From Ruminococcus albus 7 = DSM 20455 (GTDB taxonomy: Bacteria > Bacillota > Clostridia > Oscillospirales > Ruminococcaceae): DNA of 32,000 nt. Below the pieces are notes generated by a model that was given only the letters and a program-made list of their open reading frames with translations, had not been told where the DNA came from and made no database searches. Location: contig NC_014833.1 of assembly GCF_000179635.2 (NCBI RefSeq), positions 2,730,001-2,762,000 of the forward strand. The letters are read 5' to 3'. This document shows, piece after piece, positions 18,121 to 25,268 of the stretch. Position 1 is the stretch's first letter. The number at the start of each line of letters is the position of its first letter. The position numbers and the translations under genes were made by a program.

Positions 18121-19194
18121 TTATATATAGTACTCAGGTTCGTTGAGCTCTCTGTAAGGCTGGCAGCTCTCACGTATGACCAGCGTACCTTCCACCTCCA
18201 GCCGCGATACTATTTTATGACCGCCTTTTATGCGGTCAAGCAGCAGCATCAGTGCGAACCTTACCATTTCGTTTTTCGGAAGTGATATGGTCGTCAGCAT
18301 CGGCTTGGTATACTGTGCCGCCTCAATATCATCACTGGATATCACTGACGGTGCATACCCGCGTCCTCTTCGCCTGTTTAGAGCTTTCAGCATACCCACA
18401 GCCAGGATATCATTTGCACAGTATATACCCGTAGGCGGATCATCCAGATTGCTGAAATATTCCATAGCCGCGATACCGTTAGCCTCATTGGGCAGCGTAT
18501 CGAAGATATGATCAATATCAGGTGAAAGACGGTTGTTTGTCAGCGCCGCCTGATATCCCGCAAAACGCGATTCATTATGGCAATCACCAACGTATCCTAT
18601 TTTTGTGTGTCCCAGCTTTGCCAGATACCCAACAGCCGTCTGTGCTATCCTGCTGCCGTCACACAAGACCTCGTCCGCCTCGTAATTAGTTGAATTACGG
18701 TTTATGGAAACTATATTCTTTTCCTTGGTTTTAAGCAGCTTCAGCGCTCTGGCTGTAACCTTGCCTATCACAATCAGCCCGTCGGAATGCTGTCCCGATG
18801 AAGGATAAAGCTCATCTGTCAATATTTTTAGCCTGTCAGTCTTACTCAGCTTTTCATCAGAGAACTCAGCGTTATGCCATATATTACCTATTATACAGCT
18901 GCTGTTGCGAAGTTCCTTTTCCAGGGTCATCAGCATTTCTTCATAAAACGGATCTGTAGTTTCATGAGCAAATCTGGTCAGCAGTATATTCACGTGGTAT
19001 ATCTTGTCCTCATTCCTGCTGCCCGATCTAAGGGAACGTGCGCTCGCATTCGGTATATAGTTGATCTCACGTGCTGCTTCCAGCACTCGCTTTCTCACAT
19101 CTTCGCTGGAGCATTTGTGGTTGGGATCACTAAGTATCCTGCCGACCGTCGAGACTGATACACCCGTCATTTCGGAGATCTTTTTCAGAGACAC
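18121..19194 (-). CDS. LacI/GalR family transcriptional regulator
   Basis: The N-terminal HTH (V)SLKKISEMTGVSVSTVGRILSD...YIPNASARSLRSG is followed by a periplasmic-binding-protein-like effector domain. GTG start lies 7 nt after the GGAGGG RBS. 357 aa. Confidence 0.9.
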   Translation of the reverse strand: MSLKKISEMTGVSVSTVGRILSDPNHKCSSEDVRKRVLEAAREINYIPNASARSLRSGSRNEDKIYHVNILLTRFAHETTDPFYEEMLMTLEKELRNSSCIIGNIWHNAEFSDEKLSKTDRLKILTDELYPSSGQHSDGLIVIGKVTARALKLLKTKEKNIVSINRNSTNYEADEVLCDGSRIAQTAVGYLAKLGHTKIGYVGDCHNESRFAGYQAALTNNRLSPDIDHIFDTLPNEANGIAAMEYFSNLDDPPTGIYCANDILAVGMLKALNRRRGRGYAPSVISSDDIEAAQYTKPMLTTISLPKNEMVRFALMLLLDRIKGGHKIVSRLEVEGTLVIRESCQPYRELNEPEYYI

Positions 19195-19237
19195 CCAAAC
19201 ACCCTCCTTTCCGCTATTTCATATCGGGATAATATGA

Positions 19238-19266
19238 ATTATACCAAATATCTGGAAATTTGTCAA
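19238..19266 (-). promoter_or_regulatory. Consensus sigma-A promoter for the LacI-family regulator
   Basis: On the minus strand: TTGACA (19261-19266), 17-nt spacer, TATAAT (19238-19243), about 40 nt upstream of the GTG start. Confidence 0.6.
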
Positions 19267-19409
19267 CAGGATAAATGTTAACTTTTTTTAACTTTGCAGC
19301 ATTGGATCCCTCAACTTCATTTCTTTATTATATATACATTTATAATAATAATTTATACCTCAGCTATTGGTATAGTTTAAAGCTATATCTATCTATGCAT
19401 AATAAGTAT

Positions 19410-19438
19410 TTTACTTTCACCTAATGATGTGATATAAT
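19410..19438 (+). promoter_or_regulatory. Putative original metE promoter, now separated from metE by the IS
   Basis: TTTACT (19410-19415), 17-nt spacer, then extended -10 TGaTATAAT (19430-19438). With the IS removed it would lie about 55 nt upstream of the metE ATG. Confidence 0.4.
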
Positions 19439-19471
19439 ATTTTATAGAAAATCATATAGGTTTAATATGAT

Positions 19472-19480
19472 ATTAAAAAT
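19472..19480. repeat. Target-site duplication, left copy (ATTAAAAAT)
   Basis: Identical 9-mer at 20503-20511, immediately outside the inverted repeats. The true duplication could be 8 or 9 bp depending on the exact element end. Confidence 0.75.
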
Positions 19481-19481
19481 C

Positions 19482-19506
19482 ATGGTTATCCCTTTAACAC
19501 ACCACA
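19482..19506. repeat. IS left terminal inverted repeat
   Basis: ATGGTTATCCCTTTAACACACCACA. The reverse complement of 20478-20502 differs at one position. Confidence 0.8.
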
Positions 19507-19594
19507 GATAATTTACAATGCTGTCCAAATAAACAGACCTCAAAAACCGGAAAATATAGTATAATAGTGACAGGAAACGAAAGGAGCTGTCGCT

Positions 19595-20470
19595 ATGTCA
19601 AAAAGATTTCCGAAACCTGAGATCACACTTGATGGGATATATTCAAAGTTCGCAGATGAAAGCTTTTGCAAGGATTTTCTGCTTGATATCCGCTTTGAAA
19701 AGGGCTTTGCCTGCCCGTTTTGCGGTGGCTCTGAGTACCGCAGGATAAGGTCACGCCATCTGCTGCGCTGCAAGTTCTGTAAAGCAGATATATCCGCCAC
19801 AAACGGAACTTTTATGCACAGAACACATATTCCGCTCAGACTGTGGATAGTCACCGCATTCCTCATTATGAGCAACAAATGCAGTGTTTCTGCTGTTACG
19901 CTGATGAGGTCTTTGGGGGTGACCTACAAGACTGCATGGTACATCCTTCACCGCATCAGAAAAGCTATGAAATGCCGTGAAGAACGCTATTTGCTCGACG
20001 GAATCGTTGAACTTGATGACACGTATCTCGGTGCTCCGACTCACGGTAAAAAGCGCGGCAGAGGTACTGAAAAAGTCAAGATGATCGTAGCTTTATCGAA
20101 GAACGCAGCAGGAAATCCCGAGTACGTTAAAATGAGAGATGTGCCGAATTTAAAGGGTATAACTGTGGGTAGATTTGCCAGGGATAATATCCGCGCTGGC
20201 TCGAAGATCGAGAGTGATAATGCTCGAAGTTACAAGAAACCGTTGGCACAGAAATACTTCCATGTTTTTGAAACATATGATCCGACAAGCGGTCAGCTGA
20301 ATTGGATGCATAAAGTTATATCAAACTTCAAAGCAATGATCATGGGAACTTACCACGGAAACGAAAAGATCCACACAGCGTTATATGCTGCCGAATACTG
20401 TTACAAATTCAACCGTCGTAAGCTGGGAAACAGTGCGTATTTAAGGCTTTTGGCTGCTTTGGTGCAGTGA
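19595..20470 (+). CDS. IS1595 family (ISXO2-like) transposase
   Basis: 291 aa with an N-terminal zinc ribbon (CPFCGGSEY...RCKFCKADIS), then a DDE region (VELDDTYLG...IESDNARSY...). This architecture matches IS1595/ISXO2-like transposases. AAAGGAG RBS. Confidence 0.85.
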   Translation: MSKRFPKPEITLDGIYSKFADESFCKDFLLDIRFEKGFACPFCGGSEYRRIRSRHLLRCKFCKADISATNGTFMHRTHIPLRLWIVTAFLIMSNKCSVSAVTLMRSLGVTYKTAWYILHRIRKAMKCREERYLLDGIVELDDTYLGAPTHGKKRGRGTEKVKMIVALSKNAAGNPEYVKMRDVPNLKGITVGRFARDNIRAGSKIESDNARSYKKPLAQKYFHVFETYDPTSGQLNWMHKVISNFKAMIMGTYHGNEKIHTALYAAEYCYKFNRRKLGNSAYLRLLAALVQ

Positions 20471-20477
20471 TCTTACT

Positions 20478-20502
20478 TGTGGTGTGTTAAGGGGATAACC
20501 AT
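20478..20502. repeat. IS right terminal inverted repeat
   Basis: TGTGGTGTGTTAAGGGGATAACCAT, the complement of the left IR with one mismatch. Confidence 0.8.
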
Positions 20503-20511
20503 ATTAAAAAT
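20503..20511. repeat. Target-site duplication, right copy (ATTAAAAAT)
   Basis: Identical to 19472-19480. It directly abuts the metE RBS (GGAGG 20513-20517). Confidence 0.75.
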
Positions 20512-20525
20512 TGGAGGAAATACAC

Positions 20526-22799
20526 ATGAATACATCTATAATCGGTTATCCCCGTATCGGCGGACTCAGAGAACTCAAATTTGCAAGTGAGAAGTATTTC
20601 AGAGGTGAGATAGATCAGGCTGAACTGGAAAAAGTTGCTAAGCAGATAAGACTTTACGATCTTGATCTTCAGAAGAAAAGCGGTCTTGACTTTATCCCTT
20701 CAAATGATTTCTCATACTATGACGGCGTACTTGATACAGCTTTCCTGCTGAATGCTGTTCCCGAGAGATATACCTCACTTGGTCTTTCTCCGCTTGATAC
20801 CTTCTTTGCAGCAGCAAGAGGCTATCAGGGCGAAAAGGGCGATGTTAAAGCACTGGCTATGAAAAAGTGGTTCAACACCAACTATCACTACATCGTACCT
20901 GAGATCGACGATGCTGCAGATATCAAGCTGGCAGGTACCAAGCCTTTTGATCTCTTCAATGAGGCACTTGAGAACGGTGTCAAGACCAAGCCTGTTATCG
21001 TTGGTGCTTACACCTTCCTGAAGCTTGCGAGATATATCGGCAAAAAGACAGCCGCTGATTTTGTTGATGCAGCAGCTGCAGCATATTCCGAGATACTGAA
21101 AAAATTTGCAGATCTTGGCGCTGAGTGGGTACAGTTCGATGAGCCATCCCTCGTAATGGATATGACAGCTGAGGACAAGAAGCTGTTTGTATCTCTCTAT
21201 GAAAAGATACTCTCTGCAAAGGGCAGTGTCAAGGTTCTCGCTCAGACATATTTCGGTGATGTAAGAGATGTCTATACCGAGCTCACTTCCCTCGCATTTG
21301 ACGGCATCGGTCTTGACTTCGTAGAGGGCAAAAAGTCCCTTGAGCTTGTAAGGGCAAACGGTTTCCCCAAGGATAAGATCCTGTTTGCAGGTCTTGTAAA
21401 CGGCAAGAATATATGGAAATGCAGCTACGAAAAGGTACTTGCAAATCTTGAGATCCTCAAAGCCAATGCAGGCGAGATCGTTATAAATACATCATGCTCA
21501 CTCCAGCACGTTCCCGTTACCCTTGCAAATGAAAGCAAGCTCCCCGAGAACGTAAAGAAGCACTTCGCTTTTGCAGAAGAAAAGCTGGCTGAGATAGCAG
21601 AACTGAAGAAGATCACAAGCGCAGATGCCCCCGAAAAGACAGAGGAATATCTTGCGAACAAGGCTCTCCACAGTGAAGTACGTTCAGGTGCTAACGACGA
21701 GGTAAGAGCAAAGGTCGCAAAGCTGACAGATAAGGATTTCACAAGACTGCCCGCATTCGCAGAGCGTGAAAAGGTACAGAAGGAGCGTTTCAAGCTGCCT
21801 CTCTTCCCTACCACTACCATCGGTTCCTTCCCTCAGACCGCTGATGTTAAGGGCGCAAGAAAGGATCTGCGTACAGGCAATATCACCAACGATGAGTATG
21901 AGACATTCATGAAGAAGAAGATTGCTGAGTGTGTAGCACTTCAGGAGGAGATCGGTCTTGACGTGCTCGTTCACGGTGAGTTCGAGAGAAATGACATGGT
22001 CGAGTATTTCGGTGAGTGCCTTGATGGTTATATTTTCACCGAAAAGGCATGGGTACAGTCCTACGGTACAAGATGCGTTAAGCCTCCCGTTGTATGGGGC
22101 GATATATCCAGAGCAAAGCCCATGACCGTTAAGTGGTCTGTATATGCACAGAGCCTTACCTCCAAGCCCATGAAGGGAATGCTCACAGGTCCTGTTACAA
22201 TACTCAACTGGTCATTCCCCCGTGAGGATATATCCCTCAAAGAAAGCGCACTGCAGATAGCACTTGCTATCCGTGAGGAAGTGCTTGACCTTGAAGCTAA
22301 CGGTATCAGCATAATCCAGGTAGATGAGGCTGCACTCCGTGAGAAGCTCCCTCTCCGCCGCGCTGACTGGAGAGAAGATTACCTTGACTGGGCTATACCC
22401 GCGTTCAGATATGTTCACAGCGGTGTCCGCCCCGAAACTCAGATCCATACTCATATGTGTTACAGTGAGTTCGCTGATATCATCAAGGATATCGACAATA
22501 TGGATGCTGACGTTATCACATTCGAGGCATCACGTTCCGATCTTACTATACTCGATGTTCTGAAAGAAAACAACTTCCGTACTGAGGTAGGTCCCGGCGT
22601 TTACGATATCCACTCGCCCAGAGTTCCCTCCAAGGAGGAGATCAAGGCAGCTGTGGCAAAGATGCTTGACCGTATCCCTGCTGAAAAGCTGTGGGTAAAC
22701 CCCGACTGCGGACTTAAAACAAGAGGCACCAAGGAAACCGTTCCCAGCCTTACAAACCTTGTTAACGCTGCAAAAGAGGCAAGAAATGAAAACAGCTGA
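20526..22799 (+). CDS. metE: Cobalamin-independent methionine synthase MetE
   Basis: About 757 aa. N-terminus [16 protein letters not shown] and C-terminal catalytic domain [10 protein letters not shown]...[10 protein letters not shown]...HMCYSEF...[11 protein letters not shown] 20526 lies 8 nt after GGAGG. The ORF-track start at 20511 is a TTG inside the RBS region. Confidence 0.95.
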   Translation: MNTSIIGYPRIGGLRELKFASEKYFRGEIDQAELEKVAKQIRLYDLDLQKKSGLDFIPSNDFSYYDGVLDTAFLLNAVPERYTSLGLSPLDTFFAAARGYQGEKGDVKALAMKKWFNTNYHYIVPEIDDAADIKLAGTKPFDLFNEALENGVKTKPVIVGAYTFLKLARYIGKKTAADFVDAAAAAYSEILKKFADLGAEWVQFDEPSLVMDMTAEDKKLFVSLYEKILSAKGSVKVLAQTYFGDVRDVYTELTSLAFDGIGLDFVEGKKSLELVRANGFPKDKILFAGLVNGKNIWKCSYEKVLANLEILKANAGEIVINTSCSLQHVPVTLANESKLPENVKKHFAFAEEKLAEIAELKKITSADAPEKTEEYLANKALHSEVRSGANDEVRAKVAKLTDKDFTRLPAFAEREKVQKERFKLPLFPTTTIGSFPQTADVKGARKDLRTGNITNDEYETFMKKKIAECVALQEEIGLDVLVHGEFERNDMVEYFGECLDGYIFTEKAWVQSYGTRCVKPPVVWGDISRAKPMTVKWSVYAQSLTSKPMKGMLTGPVTILNWSFPREDISLKESALQIALAIREEVLDLEANGISIIQVDEAALREKLPLRRADWREDYLDWAIPAFRYVHSGVRPETQIHTHMCYSEFADIIKDIDNMDADVITFEASRSDLTILDVLKENNFRTEVGPGVYDIHSPRVPSKEEIKAAVAKMLDRIPAEKLWVNPDCGLKTRGTKETVPSLTNLVNAAKEARNENS

Positions 22800-23664
22800 T
22801 ATTTTTAAAAATAAGACCGTTTTTTCGCTGGAGATATTCCCTCCCCGCCCTGACACCGATGAGAGCGTCATTTATGACACTCTCGATCACCTGACTGATA
22901 TATCCCCCGATTTCATCAGTGTGACCTACGGTGCAGGCGGTGGAAAGAACGGCAGCAGAACAATAAAGATCGCATCAGATATACAAAACCGTTATGGTGT
23001 AGAGAGCGTTGCACATCTTCCCTGTATTGGTCTTACCAAAGAACAGGCACGTGTTATACTCGACAGTATGTCTGACAACGGGATCGAGAATATACTCGCA
23101 CTGCGCGGTGATCTTCCCGAAGGCAGTACACCTGCAGGAGATTTCCGCCATGCAAGCGATCTTATCAGCTTTATAAAAGAAAACTACAGCTTCAATATCC
23201 TGGCAGCCTGCTATCCTGAGATCCATCCGGAAAGCAGGAATGCTGTGGATGACCTTCACTGGCTGAAGCATAAGGTAGATTGCGGTGCTGATCACCTTAT
23301 CACACAGCTTTTCCTTGATAACAGCTATTTCTGTGATTTCAGAGAAAAAGCATTACTGGCAGGTGTTGATGTACCTATCGAGGCAGGTATCATGCCTGTG
23401 ACAAACAAACGTCAGATAGAGCGTATGGTAAAGCTTTGCGGAGTAGATCTTCCTAAGAGATTCATTCGCGTTCTTGAAAAGTATGAGCACGATCCCAACG
23501 CGCTCCGTGATGCTGGTATAGCCTATGCCATAGATCAGATCACCGATCTTATTGCGCTGGGCGTTGACGGCATACATCTTTATACCATGAACGATCCATA
23601 CGTTGCCCACAGGATATTTGATGCTGTGCATAATATGCTGGCGGTAAGATCATTAGTATCATAA
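22786..23664 (+). CDS. metF: Methylenetetrahydrofolate reductase MetF
   Basis: [40 protein letters not shown] and the HLYTMN-type C-terminus. ATG 22786 (AAGAGG RBS) overlaps the metE 3' end by 14 nt. Confidence 0.92.
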   Translation: MKTADIFKNKTVFSLEIFPPRPDTDESVIYDTLDHLTDISPDFISVTYGAGGGKNGSRTIKIASDIQNRYGVESVAHLPCIGLTKEQARVILDSMSDNGIENILALRGDLPEGSTPAGDFRHASDLISFIKENYSFNILAACYPEIHPESRNAVDDLHWLKHKVDCGADHLITQLFLDNSYFCDFREKALLAGVDVPIEAGIMPVTNKRQIERMVKLCGVDLPKRFIRVLEKYEHDPNALRDAGIAYAIDQITDLIALGVDGIHLYTMNDPYVAHRIFDAVHNMLAVRSLVS

Positions 23665-23700
23665 CATAATGCTATCTTATGTACCCCTGAATACTTAACA

Positions 23701-23743
23701 AAGAGTTCCCATTGGATGATCACACCAATGGGAACTCTTTTTA
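23701..23743. terminator. Bidirectional Rho-independent terminator between metF and the GGDEF gene
   Basis: 15-bp perfect stem AAGAGTTCCCATTGG / CCAATGGGAACTCTT. A T-run follows on the plus strand and an A-rich run precedes it. Confidence 0.85.
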
Positions 23744-23747
23744 CATA

Positions 23748-24806
23748 TCATTTTCTTACACGTCTGTCAAAGGTACTGTAATAAGCCGCCTTATCATCAA
23801 ACATTTTTGATTCTGCCAGGCGGATCAGCTCATTTATCTTCAATGATTTTCTTGTATGGTACTCATAACCTATGGCAGCATGATATCCGCGTTCTGTTAT
23901 ACTTATCCTGATATTATCTATACGTTTTTCGATCTCGTCACGATCAATATCTGCAGCAAACGCAACGAACTCGTCGCCGCCAACGCGGTAGCTGTCACGT
24001 CTTCCGAACTGCTTTTCTACACATTCTGCCACAAAGCAAAGCATCTCATCACCTGCTTTATGACCCTTTGTATTGTTAAGCTCATGCAGACCATTTGCGT
24101 CGATATATACGCAGCAGATAGCTTTTTTGAACATATTCTGATACTCAGTGATCCTCCATTCATAGCAATTGCGATTATTAAGTCCGGTCAGCTGATCAGT
24201 TTCACTCATAACCTTCAGTTTGTTCTCAAGAACATATCCCTTTATTTTGGCTCTGTATACTACAGCCTCAGATACTACCGATAACGCACCGAATATCACC
24301 GCATCAGTAACATCCACCGAAAGCACAGGATCAGTCTTGGTAATATGTGCCATTATAATGAAAGCAATTATATACGTCAGAAGGCTGCCTGCCATCCTGA
24401 TAGGTCTGTCAACAAATATCAGCGGTACAAATATAAGCATGACCATGAAAGTTACGGTCTGTTCTTCGGGTCTGGTAATAGTTGCTATGGCGATGCCATA
24501 TATAAGAAAGACAGATACTGCCATATATACCGAAACATACGAAAGGGCCAGCCATTTTTTTGCAGCAAGTGAAACCGCCACCTGTATCAGTGAGAACACC
24601 ATACCAAATATAAATACGTTGCGCGAGGAGGAGAAACATTCCTTCGTGAATGACAGCAGATACATCGCAAATATCAAAACGGAGGCAACTGATGCGAAGA
24701 AAAATGCTATCGTTCGGTTTGATTCTTCAAGCCTTCGCTTTATCGAATCATAGCTTTCAGCATCGGTATCACCATATAATGCGAATCGTTTTATACGTTC
24801 AAGCAT
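23748..24806 (-). CDS. Membrane-anchored diguanylate cyclase (GGDEF domain)
   Basis: The N-terminal ~190 aa is strongly hydrophobic, with about 5-6 predicted TM segments. The C-terminal part carries DQLTGLNNR...HKAGDEML...RVGGDEFVAF (intact GGDEF). GGAGGG RBS. Confidence 0.9.
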   Translation of the reverse strand: MLERIKRFALYGDTDAESYDSIKRRLEESNRTIAFFFASVASVLIFAMYLLSFTKECFSSSRNVFIFGMVFSLIQVAVSLAAKKWLALSYVSVYMAVSVFLIYGIAIATITRPEEQTVTFMVMLIFVPLIFVDRPIRMAGSLLTYIIAFIIMAHITKTDPVLSVDVTDAVIFGALSVVSEAVVYRAKIKGYVLENKLKVMSETDQLTGLNNRNCYEWRITEYQNMFKKAICCVYIDANGLHELNNTKGHKAGDEMLCFVAECVEKQFGRRDSYRVGGDEFVAFAADIDRDEIEKRIDNIRISITERGYHAAIGYEYHTRKSLKINELIRLAESKMFDDKAAYYSTFDRRVRK

Positions 24807-24851
24807 AATATCAACCCTCCGTATAATTTATTGACAAATCTTCATAAAAGT

Positions 24852-24880
24852 ATTATAACAATAAATTAAAATTTTGTCAA
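24852..24880 (-). promoter_or_regulatory. Consensus sigma-A promoter for the GGDEF gene
   Basis: On the minus strand: TTGACA (24875-24880), 17-nt spacer, then TGtTATAAT (TATAAT 24852-24857). Confidence 0.55.
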
Positions 24881-24931
24881 CCCCTCACAGTAATAAACAC
24901 ACAAATATACTTTCAAATATTACAAATATAT

Positions 24932-24961
24932 AAAAAATCGACAGTTTCCGAAGAAACTGCC
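24932..24961 (-). terminator. Rho-independent terminator after GH9 gene 1
   Basis: Stem CAGTTTC / GAAACTG plus a flanking G-C pair, with loop CGAA. On the minus strand it is followed by TTTTTT (plus-strand A-run 24932-24937). Confidence 0.7.
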
Positions 24962-24984
24962 GATCTTTATAAAAGGACTGATCT

Positions 24985-25268
24985 TTAATTACTTAACTGT
25001 AACAGTTATAGCGTTCTTGATAGGATCAGTTGTATTCCACTTACCGTTAACTCTTGCAGCAACAGCTACCTTGTAGGTCATGCCGGGAGTAAGGTTCTTA
25101 GGAGTTACATAGCTGTTTGTGGTGATGTTAGTTGTCTGAACTCTCCACTTACCAGCCAGATATACAGCGATGCCGTACTTGTCAGCGCCCTGTACCTTGT
25201 CCCATACGAACTGGATCTGGTGATACTGAGTGCTGTAGTTAGCCTTTACGTTTGTAGGATAATCAGTC
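24985..25268. repeat. Direct repeat, copy A of ~280 bp (3' FN3-like module of GH9 gene 1)
   Basis: By-eye alignment with 28668-28951 gives about 24 mismatches and no indels over ~280 nt, roughly 90% identity. Similarity stops abruptly at the 5' boundary of the module. Confidence 0.85.

Larger units (their letters stand above)
19481..20502 (+). mobile_element. IS1595-family insertion sequence (about 1.02 kb), apparently intact
   Basis: The 25-bp terminal inverted repeats ATGGTTATCCCTTTAACACACCACA (19482-19506) and its complement (20478-20502) match at 24 of 25 positions. There is a single transposase ORF and flanking direct repeats. Confidence 0.85.

Noticed and set aside
24831-24859. Plus-strand promoter-like TTGACA-17-TATAAC that would drive antisense transcription into GH9 gene 1
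   Set aside because: It overlaps the minus-strand consensus promoter of the GGDEF gene in a very AT-rich spacer, so it is most likely a by-product of that composition. There is no downstream plus-strand ORF.
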